DNA from: Bryobacteraceae bacterium
GTDB taxonomy: Bacteria > Acidobacteriota > Terriglobia > Bryobacterales > Bryobacteraceae
Length of the DNA stretch: 64,000 nucleotides
Reading direction: 5' to 3'
NCBI GenBank assembly: GCA_035308605.1
Contig: DATGGL010000129.1
Coordinates: 3,332-67,331 of the forward strand
Within the stretch, counting starts at the first letter, position 1. The number at the start of each line of letters is the position of its first letter. The notes under the pieces were generated by a model. It was not told the origin of the DNA and did not search any database. It saw only the letters and a program-made list of their open reading frames with translations. Positions 20,148-28,718 of this stretch are shown piece after piece. The translations under genes were made by a program, and so were the position numbers.

Positions 20148-21370
20148 AAAAGCATCCCTGCAATACAAGCCGACATAAAATTCGCCATGGTTCCAGCCGC
20201 CATGGCCTTGAGCCCCAGCCTCGCCAGATCCGATTTTCGTGTGGGCGCTAAAGCCCCGATGCCGCCGACCTGAATCGCAACCGAGCTCAAGTTCGCAAAC
20301 CCGCACAGGGCATAGGTCGAGATCACGAAAGAGCGCGGGTCCAGGGTCGAGCTGACCTTTCCCAAATCCACAAACGCGACAAATTCGTTCAATATGAGCC
20401 GGGTTCCGAGCAGATTCCCAACGGTGGCGCAGTCGTTATACTTCACGCCCAGCAGCCATGCCACGGGCGCGAACACGTGCCCCAGAATCGTTTGCATCGA
20501 CCCCGGCACCCAAAAGAAGACGCGGGTGGAATGCATCGCCCCCAAAATTCCGTTGACCAGAGCGATCAGCCCGATGAACGCAATCAGCATCGCGCCGATG
20601 TTCAGGGCGAGTTGCAATCCGTCCGAAGCTCCGCGGCTGGCGGCGTCGATGATATTGACCCCGGGCTTCTCCACTTCGACGTGCACGCCGCCCGCGGTGA
20701 CAGGTTTGCCCGTTTCCGGCATCAACATTTTCGCGAGCATCAGCGTCGCCGGAGCGGTCATGATAACGGCGGTCAGCAAATGGCGGATTTCGACGCCCGC
20801 GATGATCACGTATGCCGCCATTACGGCTCCGGAAACATGAGCCATCCCGCTGACCATCACGGTGAACAGTTCGCTTTCTGTGAGCCCGGCCAGGAACGGT
20901 CGAATCGTCAAAGGGGCTTCCGTCTGCCCCATGAAAATGCTGGCCGCGACGTTCAACGATTCTGCTCCGCTGGTTCCCATCACGCGCTGCATCACCACGG
21001 CCATCGCCCTGACGAGAACCTGCATGACGCCCAGATAATAGAGAACCGCGAACAGCGACGCGATGAAGATGACGATGGGCAGGACTTGAAAGGCAAAGAT
21101 GACCCCGAACTGATCGTTCTTGACACCCAGTTTATCGCCAAATACGAACGAACTTCCGGCGGCCGCGTAATCGAGCAGATGATTGACCCCATCGCTGGCA
21201 GTTTTGAAGCCGAGCGCGAGCGGAGTTTTCAGGACGAGGAACGCGAATCCGAATTGAAGTCCAAGTCCCCAGGCAATCACGCGAGGCTTGATCGCTGAGC
21301 GATTGCTCGAAAAGAGGAAAGCAACCACAACGATAGCCAGCAGGCCGAGGGCCCCGGTGAATCTTTCCAT
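20144..21370 (-). CDS. nupC: NupC/CNT-family nucleoside transporter
   Basis: 408-aa polytopic membrane protein with CNT-like segments (FAFQVLPIVIF, IFMGQTEAPL, GFANLSS). Confidence 0.8.
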   Translation of the reverse strand: MERFTGALGLLAIVVVAFLFSSNRSAIKPRVIAWGLGLQFGFAFLVLKTPLALGFKTASDGVNHLLDYAAAGSSFVFGDKLGVKNDQFGVIFAFQVLPIVIFIASLFAVLYYLGVMQVLVRAMAVVMQRVMGTSGAESLNVAASIFMGQTEAPLTIRPFLAGLTESELFTVMVSGMAHVSGAVMAAYVIIAGVEIRHLLTAVIMTAPATLMLAKMLMPETGKPVTAGGVHVEVEKPGVNIIDAASRGASDGLQLALNIGAMLIAFIGLIALVNGILGAMHSTRVFFWVPGSMQTILGHVFAPVAWLLGVKYNDCATVGNLLGTRLILNEFVAFVDLGKVSSTLDPRSFVISTYALCGFANLSSVAIQVGGIGALAPTRKSDLARLGLKAMAAGTMANFMSACIAGMLL

Positions 21371-21507
21371 GAAGGTGGCAATTTTACCATGGTGGCATTG
21401 GTAGACCGGTTAACGGCTGAAAAATTGGATCGGCGATCTCAGACGGGACTGACCAATTCAACAATCTTCTATCGCCGGAGCATGCGTGTCAGCCGACTCG
21501 TAGGTGG

Positions 21508-22656
21508 TTACGGTCGCCAATTTTCGCCGTGGCGATCCGATGTAAGGTCAAGTCGGAAATATTGTACGTTGCCACAAAAGTCGCAAACGAGCAACAGGAT
21601 CAGACTCCGGTCTTTCGAAATACCAATATGTGGAGAAGCCGCCTTGTTTAGGTCCTCGTAGAGCCCTGGTTGATTTCCTTGCAAGGGACCACGCCTCGAT
21701 GGGTCGTCAGGGTTTCGGCGTTGCGTTATGTCCGGCCAGCTCGGCTTCCCAAGATGTTGTCTGTTGGAAACGGCGTCGTAGCTTGGGCGGTAGTGACCTT
21801 CTGCACAATATAAGCAGCGTTGCGGAATATTCAGATCCAGGACGCGCCCTCCCGCCTCGATGCGATCTGCAATTCGTTGTACTCTATCGCCCAGGTCCGC
21901 GGCGTTCTGAATCCGATCCGTCGATTTCCTCCGTACTGTCGCGGAGACGAGTTCGTCGACTAGGGCAAACTGGGGATGCGAAGGGAATCGGCGCGCCAGA
22001 TGACGGCCGCTCTCGTTTCCGTAGTCCTCCTCATGCCCGTCGTAAACTTCCTTAGTGAAAAGCCAGTACAGAATCTTCCCGAGTGAATAGACATCGGCCG
22101 CCGCCTTCGACGGCGTCCCTTCGATGCGAGGCCCCCGCAACTCCGGAGCACAGTAGTACATGGAACCTCGAGGCCCCTCACTCGTCATGCCAACGATTCC
22201 ATCTTCGATAAAGCAGATCCCGAAGTCTCCGACCACGGGTCTTCCATCGCTGAGAAATATGTTCTCGGGCTTAAGGTCAAGATGGTAGATAGGCGGTTGG
22301 CTAGCATGCGCGGCAGCGACTCCCGCAACGATCTGCCGAAAGAATCGGAGTCCAGCGGCGGGATCGTCAAGTTCAACTCCGTCGAGAGATCCGCCTTCAC
22401 AGAAGTCCGTAATCAGGAAGGGCTTTCCCTTCGGCGTCACGCCCTGTTCGATCACCTTGAGAACATTTGGATGGTCTAACGTCAGGCATGCTGTGACCTC
22501 ACGGGAAAAGTAGTCCGCTCGGTTGGGATTCTTGAGGCGCTTCAAGACGTACCGCTTATCGTCGGACTCATCTGCGCGCCGGATGACGAACGTGTGGCCT
22601 TGGCCGCCTTCAGACAACTCGCGGACGCAAATCCACTGACTAGGGAAATCGCCCAT
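21508..22656 (-). CDS. Stand-alone Hanks-type Ser/Thr protein kinase with C-terminal split zinc-ribbon region
   Basis: Gly-loop LSEGGQGHTF, YVLKRL lysine, HLDLKPENIF, DFGICF, YCAPE. C-terminal CLYCAEGHY...(about 70 aa)...CDFCGNVQY. Lower GC by eye than the flanking genes. Confidence 0.8.
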   Translation of the reverse strand: MGDFPSQWICVRELSEGGQGHTFVIRRADESDDKRYVLKRLKNPNRADYFSREVTACLTLDHPNVLKVIEQGVTPKGKPFLITDFCEGGSLDGVELDDPAAGLRFFRQIVAGVAAAHASQPPIYHLDLKPENIFLSDGRPVVGDFGICFIEDGIVGMTSEGPRGSMYYCAPELRGPRIEGTPSKAAADVYSLGKILYWLFTKEVYDGHEEDYGNESGRHLARRFPSHPQFALVDELVSATVRRKSTDRIQNAADLGDRVQRIADRIEAGGRVLDLNIPQRCLYCAEGHYRPSYDAVSNRQHLGKPSWPDITQRRNPDDPSRRGPLQGNQPGLYEDLNKAASPHIGISKDRSLILLLVCDFCGNVQYFRLDLTSDRHGENWRP

Positions 22657-22720
22657 TCACACACAGAGTGGCAGGTCCGTTCACATTACCTCGCGGCGTT
22701 GGCCTGCTCTACAAGATCGA

Positions 22721-24025
22721 TTACCCAACGACTTCTAAAATCAACTCCCGCTCTTCCGGCACCGTCCCCGAAATCCGGAATGCGTCCTCGACGAGCTGCG
22801 CGGCTTCTTCGACGTGTTCTTCCGACGTGTAGTACAGCCGGCACAGGACGCCGCCTGCGTCGACCTTCTGGCCGATTTTTACTTCGAGAATCACGCCGAC
22901 CGCCGGATCGATTCTGTCGTCCTTCGTATCGCGCCCCGCGCCGATCATGGCCGAGGCCTGGCCGATGTATTCCGCGTCGATCGCGCTCACATAACCCGCG
23001 CGCGGCGAGCTGATTTCGCGGGCGCCGGTCGCGTTCGGCAATAATTCGAACCGGTCGAGCACTTGCGGGTTTCCGCCCTGCGCCGTGATCACTTCCTTCA
23101 GCTTGCGATAGCCCGAGCCATCCAGCAGCTTCTTCTGCGCGAGTTCGCGGGCGTCTTCCAGGGTCGGCGTGATCTTGCCCAGGAAGATCATGCGCGACGC
23201 AAGCTCCAGCGAAAGGCGGGTCAGATCGGTCGGCCCGACGTTCTGTAACGTCTGCGAAACTTCCATCACTTCGAGCGCGTTGCCGATTGCGAATCCGAGC
23301 GGCTGATTCATGTCGGTGATCAGCGCCTGCACGCGCTTGTCGACGCGCCGCCCGATCCCGACCATCATCTGGGCCAGCCGGCGCGCATCCACCTGCCGCT
23401 TCATGAAAGCGCCCGCGCCAACCTTCACGTCGAGCACCAGCGCGTCCACGCCTTCGCCAATCTTCTTCGACATGATCGACGACGCGATGAGTGGAATCGA
23501 CTCCACCGTCGCGGTGGCATCGCGGAGAGCGTAAAGCTTGCCATCGGCCGGCGCGATCTGTGCCGTTTGGCCCATGAAGGCGAGCTTGTGCTTCATCAAC
23601 TGCTCGCGAAATTCATCCACGGAAAGATCCGTGCGAAATCCCGGAATCGATTCGAGCTTGTCCAGCGTCCCGCCGGTATGCCCCAGGGCGCGGCCGGATA
23701 TCATCGGGACTACGACTCCCGCGGCGGCGGCTATTGGCGCGGCAATCAGGCTGGTTTTGTCGCCCACCCCGCCAGTCGAATGTTTGTCGACTTTCAGGCC
23801 CGGAATGGAAGACAGATCGGCAGTCTCGCCGGAGTGGACCATCCGGTCCGTCAGAGAGCTCACTTCACGGTCCGTCATGCCGGAGAAAAAAACGGCCATC
23901 AGGAACGCAGATAGTTGATAATCGGGGATGTTTCCGCTCGTATAACCGTCAACGAGGAAAGCAATTTCGTCAGCGGACAGCTCTTCGCCATCCCTCTTGC
24001 GATGGATCAGGTCGACAGTTCGCAT
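22721..24025 (-). CDS. deoA: Thymidine / pyrimidine-nucleoside phosphorylase
   Basis: IHRKRDGEELSADEI, VDKHSTGGVGDK, ISGRALGHTGGTLDKLE. Confidence 0.9.
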   Translation of the reverse strand: MRTVDLIHRKRDGEELSADEIAFLVDGYTSGNIPDYQLSAFLMAVFFSGMTDREVSSLTDRMVHSGETADLSSIPGLKVDKHSTGGVGDKTSLIAAPIAAAAGVVVPMISGRALGHTGGTLDKLESIPGFRTDLSVDEFREQLMKHKLAFMGQTAQIAPADGKLYALRDATATVESIPLIASSIMSKKIGEGVDALVLDVKVGAGAFMKRQVDARRLAQMMVGIGRRVDKRVQALITDMNQPLGFAIGNALEVMEVSQTLQNVGPTDLTRLSLELASRMIFLGKITPTLEDARELAQKKLLDGSGYRKLKEVITAQGGNPQVLDRFELLPNATGAREISSPRAGYVSAIDAEYIGQASAMIGAGRDTKDDRIDPAVGVILEVKIGQKVDAGGVLCRLYYTSEEHVEEAAQLVEDAFRISGTVPEERELILEVVG

Positions 24026-24097
24026 TAAGAACTGAGAGTACCATCTTATTTCCTTGTAAGTAAAGGAACTGCTCGCCGTTTTCGCGGGCCGGGGGGC

Positions 24098-24865
24098 TCA
24101 GCTCGCCCGCAGACGGATACTGCCGCGGTAGGAGGTTATGCGTAGCTCCGGCCCGCCGCCGTTCACGGTACTCCGCATTTCCTGATGCCGGTCCTGGCGC
24201 CGGTCGCGCCCGCCGTCCGAACGGAGCGTCCGCGGGAAGTCACAATCGAGTGACGCATGGCGTTCCAGTTCCGCATGCATCTCGAATGCGGACGCCCGAG
24301 GCACAGTCAGGTCGATCGCCCCTTTGTAGGTGTCGACGTGGCTACGTGCCGAAAAGCTGGCAAACGACGCCCGGATATCGCCTTTATACGTTTTTAGATC
24401 CAGCCCTCCGCGGAGCCCCGCCAGCCGGGCTGTTCCTTTGTAGGTGTCAAACTCGACCGCTCCCTGAACTTCGGAGATGTCAGTCTCGGACTTATAGTCC
24501 TTGATCGAGAGGCTTGCGTGGCGCGGGACCCGAATCGTGTAATTCACGCTGGGCGAATTACCTTCGACCAGGGACCAGTGTTCCCGGCGATACTCCGTCT
24601 TCACCTGGACACTCCCTCCGCTGGAATCCACTCGAATTTCGACGTCCTCCACCGGTTCCGGGAACCATCCGGAGGGGTCGGCGACAATTCGCGCCTGAAT
24701 ATCGACCTGCGGCTGATCCCAGGCCGAAATCCGGATCGAGCCCTTGTATGTGTCGAGCGAAAACCGGCCGTTCCCCTCCATGGGCACGGTTCTCTTGAAC
24801 TCCTTGAAATCGGCCGCCGAGACGACGGAACCCAACAAAACAAGAACCAAAGTTGCTCGTGTCAT
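24098..24865 (-). CDS. DUF4097-like beta-strand repeat protein (secreted)
   Basis: Signal peptide MTRATLVLVLLGSVVSA. Reiterated TYKG(S/T/D/A)I(R) strand motifs. ATG 24865 chosen. Confidence 0.6.
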   Translation of the reverse strand: MTRATLVLVLLGSVVSAADFKEFKRTVPMEGNGRFSLDTYKGSIRISAWDQPQVDIQARIVADPSGWFPEPVEDVEIRVDSSGGSVQVKTEYRREHWSLVEGNSPSVNYTIRVPRHASLSIKDYKSETDISEVQGAVEFDTYKGTARLAGLRGGLDLKTYKGDIRASFASFSARSHVDTYKGAIDLTVPRASAFEMHAELERHASLDCDFPRTLRSDGGRDRRQDRHQEMRSTVNGGGPELRITSYRGSIRLRAS

Positions 24866-24926
24866 TGAACTGGAGTACGCGAAAAACTCAGGCAAAGTTC
24901 GCCCCCTTTTGTATTAACCTCCCATT

Positions 24927-26006
24927 ATGGACATCGTCACGTCGAGCGAGCAGTACGAAGATTGGCTCGGGAAGCGAATCTCTCTGATTCGTACAGATTT
25001 GGAGAAAAAGCATGAGCTGATGGCCGAAGCCCCGTTTCCGTTTCTAAGAGCCACATTTTATCGATGGGCGCAGACCTGGCCGGAGATTTCGCCCGCCTCC
25101 GCGGCCGCTCCGGTGGTTTTGGCGGTAGGCGATCTTCACGTCGAGAACTTCGGAACCTGGCGCGACACCGAGGGCCGCCTGATTTGGGGCATCAACGATT
25201 TCGACGAAGTCGACTGGATGCCTTACACCTGCGACCTGGTCCGGCTGGCGACCAGCGCCCACCTGGCGATCGCGGCCGAGCATCTGGTTATTTCCCGAAT
25301 CCGCGCCTCGGAAGCGATTCTAGACGGGTATCGCGAAGGATTGAAATCAGGCGGGCGGGAGTTCGTTCTCGCCGAACATCACCCCGCCTTGCGCCACATG
25401 GCGGTGGAGCGGTTGAAACAACCCGAATTGTACTGGGAAAAGCTGAACGCCCTGCCCACCTGGAAAGGTAAAGTGCCGGCGAGTGCGGTAAAGGCCCTGC
25501 GCCGGTTTCTGCCGAACCGCGATCTGGAATATCGGGTGGTGCATCGCGTCGCCGGATTGGGAAGTCTGGGACGCCGCCGGTTCGTCGCCCTTGCTCAATG
25601 GCACGGCGGCACGATCGCGCGCGAGGTGAAGGAGCTCACGGACTCCGCTTGGGCCTGGGCGCATCCCCGCCGTCGAAAATCGGCGATTTACTATCAGGAG
25701 GCGCTCGATCGTTCCCACCGCTGCCCCGACCCGTTCGTCAAACTGCGCGACCGCTGGATCGTCCGCAGGCTGGCGCCCGATTGTTCGCGGATCGAGCTCT
25801 CGTCCTTACCCACGAAACACGATGCCATGCGGTTGTTGCGCGCCATGGGATGGGAAACGGCGAACGTCCACATGGGAACGCGCCCGGCGCGCGAGCTGGC
25901 AGCCGATCTGGGAAAGCGCAAGCCCGGCTGGCTGCAGGCCGCGGCCATCGAAATGGTCGAGTGCGTGATGAAAGATTGGACCCGCTGGCGAAAACGGCGG
26001 CGCTGA
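24927..26006 (+). CDS. DUF2252-family protein
   Basis: PFPFLRATFYRW, AVGDLHVENFGTW, INDFDE pattern as I recall for DUF2252. Confidence 0.6.
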   Translation: MDIVTSSEQYEDWLGKRISLIRTDLEKKHELMAEAPFPFLRATFYRWAQTWPEISPASAAAPVVLAVGDLHVENFGTWRDTEGRLIWGINDFDEVDWMPYTCDLVRLATSAHLAIAAEHLVISRIRASEAILDGYREGLKSGGREFVLAEHHPALRHMAVERLKQPELYWEKLNALPTWKGKVPASAVKALRRFLPNRDLEYRVVHRVAGLGSLGRRRFVALAQWHGGTIAREVKELTDSAWAWAHPRRRKSAIYYQEALDRSHRCPDPFVKLRDRWIVRRLAPDCSRIELSSLPTKHDAMRLLRAMGWETANVHMGTRPARELAADLGKRKPGWLQAAAIEMVECVMKDWTRWRKRRR

Positions 26007-26285
26007 GTGATGGAACGGGTCCGCTCGCGGAGCCTCCGCCATGATGTTCACGCCTCTAGAGAACACCATCTTGGCCGGCGCCGCGAGCAGCACCCACGTG
26101 ATGACAACGATTGCATCCGATGAGTCCCAACTCACGGGATCGGACGGAGATTCAAGGGCAACTCGAGCGCCAATCGTTAAGCTGTTGACAGCCCTGGCAG
26201 TCGCAAATACTGACGCGCAATATGTCGCATATTCTCCCGGAAAATCTCGCGGAATACGGGCGAAATGACTCGATCACTCGCGGCA

Positions 26286-27101
26286 TTACTGCGCGACATA
26301 TTTAACCAGTAATACTTCGTTTCCAGCCTGGTCGTATATCAGCTCGTCGACGAGACTCCGCGCCAGCAGAATGCCGAAGCCTCCAGGACGCATCCCCAGG
26401 CGCTGGCGCACCTCGGCGTGCTCAAACGGCGTTTCGACGGGATTCGATACTGCCGCGTGCGGCAGTTGATCGAAACGGAACCCGCTGCCCGGATCGCGGA
26501 TATAACAAAGGATGGCGTGCCGTGTGCGAACCCAGGCGATGGAAACGGTTTTCAAAGGGTCCAATCCGCCTCCGTGTTCGATCGCATTCGCAAGAATTTC
26601 GCGCAGCGCCGTGGCGAAATTTTCCTGATGCGGAGATCCTAAATCCGCGACCAGCTCGCGGACGAATTGCAGGACTCGATCGGCGGTGTCCCGCTTGCAT
26701 CGCAAGTCCGCGCCAAACCAGTTCGGCCGCGCGGAGTGGACCTGGATATCGCTTTCGTCCCAAGCCGACTCGAGCGCGAGTTCGACCGTAGCGGAGAGCG
26801 CGCTCACCACATAAGGAATCCGGAAAAACGCATATGCCTGCGCCTGAACGGCGCTGAGAACATCTTCGGGCCCGGCCGATGCCGCGATCACGATTGCGGG
26901 TGTTCTGGGCCAAATCCGGCGCACGCAGGCGAGAGCGGAAAGCGTCCCGGCGAGAATCAGGTCGTAGGGCGCGATGGCGACGGAGCCCGCCTCGGGCGGA
27001 GCTGTGTGAAATTCGCGGTCGGGTGTGCCGAGGGACTCGCGCAGTCCGTGCTGCGTCTGCGGGTCGCCGTCCAGAATCAGAATTCGCTTCGGCGAACCCA
27101 T
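26286..27101 (-). CDS. Receiver-like domain fused to RsbW-type HATPase (anti-sigma-factor-like Ser kinase) domain
   Basis: N-terminal KRILILDGD...YDLILAG...IVIAAS (receiver-like; conserved Lys position reads FFRIP). C-terminal ILANAIEHGG, IRDPGSGF, GGFGILLARSLVDE. ATG 27101 lies 15 nt after the tsaC stop. Confidence 0.65.
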   Translation of the reverse strand: MGSPKRILILDGDPQTQHGLRESLGTPDREFHTAPPEAGSVAIAPYDLILAGTLSALACVRRIWPRTPAIVIAASAGPEDVLSAVQAQAYAFFRIPYVVSALSATVELALESAWDESDIQVHSARPNWFGADLRCKRDTADRVLQFVRELVADLGSPHQENFATALREILANAIEHGGGLDPLKTVSIAWVRTRHAILCYIRDPGSGFRFDQLPHAAVSNPVETPFEHAEVRQRLGMRPGGFGILLARSLVDELIYDQAGNEVLLVKYVAQ

Positions 27102-27115
27102 GCTAGCGTTTCCGT

Positions 27116-27754
27116 TTAAGTCCCCTTCAGCACTTCGGCGATGTCCTTCTCGGGGATTGCGCCTTCTTTGATCACGCGCCAGTATGGTTCGGTTATGTCG
27201 ACCGTGGTGGCTCCCAGACCGGTGATGGCGCCGCAATCCAGCACCAGGTCGATCCGCCCGTCCATGGATCCGAACACGTCAATTCCGCTCGCGCAGGTCG
27301 GCATCCCCGAACGGTTGGCGCTGGTCGAGATCAGCGGCTGAGTCAGCCGTTCTAAGAGTGCGTTGGCGACTTTGGAGCGCGACTGGCGCATGGCCAGCCG
27401 TCCTGTGTTTCCCGTTACCTTAAGCGGTACGCGCGACGACGCCGGCGCGATGATCGCCAGCGGACCGGGCCAGAAATGCCGGGCCAGAAGATAGAACCGC
27501 CGGGGGATCTCCTTGACCATTTCCTCCGCCATCACCAGATCGCTGACCAGGAGGGGCAGGGAACGATCGATTTCCCGGCCTTTCGCCTCGCGCACGCGGC
27601 GCACGGCGTGCAAATTCAACGGGTCGGCTACGAGCGTATAGAGGGCGTCGGTGGGAATGGCGACGAGTCCACCGCGGCGCACCACAGCGGCGGCTCGTTC
27701 GATCGCGGTTTCGTCTGGACGCTCCGCATCGATTTCGATCAAATCGGTGGCCAC
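27116..27754 (-). CDS. tsaC: L-threonylcarbamoyladenylate synthase (YrdC/Sua5 family)
   Basis: GGLVAIPTDALYTLVADP, HFWPGPLAII, STSANRSG. GTG start. Confidence 0.85.
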   Translation of the reverse strand: MATDLIEIDAERPDETAIERAAAVVRRGGLVAIPTDALYTLVADPLNLHAVRRVREAKGREIDRSLPLLVSDLVMAEEMVKEIPRRFYLLARHFWPGPLAIIAPASSRVPLKVTGNTGRLAMRQSRSKVANALLERLTQPLISTSANRSGMPTCASGIDVFGSMDGRIDLVLDCGAITGLGATTVDITEPYWRVIKEGAIPEKDIAEVLKGT

Positions 27755-27894
27755 GTGAGAACTAGTTTAGCAGTGGGGGAGTGGAGGGCAGGGCGTGCAT
27801 TTCACTGCTCGGTAGGGCAGGTCCCCGACCTGGCGTTTGGGAGGCAGAAAGGCGTCTGTTTTGCGGGCCCGGCTCCATCCGAGCAGCAGCGGCA

Positions 27895-27951
27895 GCGGGA
27901 CAGATAGAATCGACGCGTTCGTCGCGAGTGCGTCGATTCTGTCTGCCCCGC
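27895..27951. repeat. 57-bp compact palindromic element (22-nt arms, 13-nt spacer)
   Basis: GCGGGACAGATAGAATCGACGC-GTTCGTCGCGAGT-GCGTCGATTCTGTCTGCCCCGC. The arms are 20/22 complementary. Same termini and spacer halves as the element at 28711..29067. A degenerate extra half-site lies at 27976..27998. Confidence 0.85.
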
Positions 27952-27985
27952 TTCTTTTCGGATAAAAAAATTGATGCGAGTCGCG

Positions 27986-28471
27986 TCAGTCTGTCCCCAT
28001 CGACTCCATCGACTCCGGCCCGCTTTTCTTCGTCCACGAGCCGAAGAGGGCACCGAGCGAATAGAAGACGGTTCGGAAAAGGGGAAGGGTTGTCTCGAAC
28101 CAATTCATGCAGGTCAATCCTGCCGGGTCCGTGACGCACGCAATCCCAGAGAATTGTGACCAGATCGCGCGTACGCCGACGTGGGGGAGGATAAGAGCTC
28201 GTGCTCCGAACCAACAAACGCCGATAAGCCATACCCATTTCGCGGATGTGAATTTCCATTTCCAGCACACGATGAATCCCGATAGGAACGCGATTGTGGT
28301 GGTAAAAAGATCCTCCTTCAGAAGAAGCATCTCACGCGTTTTGGGATGGATCGGCAAGACACGGTAGAGCGCCGACTCGATAATGACGGTTCCAAATACT
28401 GCTTGAAGCAAATTGAGTAAGTATGCTCCAGACACACGAACTAACTTGTACGGTTGACTGATTTGGATCAT
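27986..28471 (-). CDS. Hypothetical integral membrane protein (about 161 aa) in a low-GC patch
   Basis: About four hydrophobic segments (AYLLNLLQAVFGTVII, TTTIAFLSGFIVCW, WVWLIGVCWFGARALIL, LPLFRTVFYSLGALFG). ATG 28471 (a GTG at 28489 is possible). The last residues (ESMESM) are encoded by the tandem ATCGACTCC repeat next to a repeat half-site. Confidence 0.55.
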   Translation of the reverse strand: MIQISQPYKLVRVSGAYLLNLLQAVFGTVIIESALYRVLPIHPKTREMLLLKEDLFTTTIAFLSGFIVCWKWKFTSAKWVWLIGVCWFGARALILPHVGVRAIWSQFSGIACVTDPAGLTCMNWFETTLPLFRTVFYSLGALFGSWTKKSGPESMESMGTD

Positions 28472-28650
28472 CCGGCAACTCTTTAACACACCCTGCTGAC
28501 TGCCCCCCGGTTCCGTCCAACATCGTAGCCGAATTTGATGCCACTTCAGTCTGCCGCTTCGCCTTCATCTGAGACCCTCTTCACTCGGCCGGCTCTGGGT
28601 CAAGGGACATTGGGACGGACTGACTCGACTCGCGTAGATTGCTTCCAGTA

Positions 28651-28718
28651 GGGGTAGCGGGGTAGCGGGACAGGGTAGCGGCGAGCGGGACAGCGGGGTA
28701 GCGGGGGGTAGCGGGACA
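28651..28718 (+). repeat. G-tract array of reiterated GGGGTAGC / GCGGGACAG units
   Basis: GGGGTAGCGGGGTAGCGGGACAGGGTAGCGGCGAGCGGGACAGCGGGGTAGCGGGGGGTAGCGGGACAG. At least 8 runs of 3 or more G. The GCGGGACAG tip of the neighbouring inverted repeat occurs three times. Confidence 0.85.

Noticed and set aside
21371-21507. Small palindromes (ACCATGGT, GTTAAC) upstream of nupC as possible CytR/DeoR-type operators
   Set aside because: Six- to eight-bp palindromes are expected by chance in 137 nt. They have no repeat partner or known consensus.
26041-26268. 75-aa plus-strand ORF in the AT-richer spacer after the DUF2252 gene
   Set aside because: No recognisable motif and only weak coding character. 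It is possible, since a GGAG lies about 10 nt upstream, but the support is insufficient to call.
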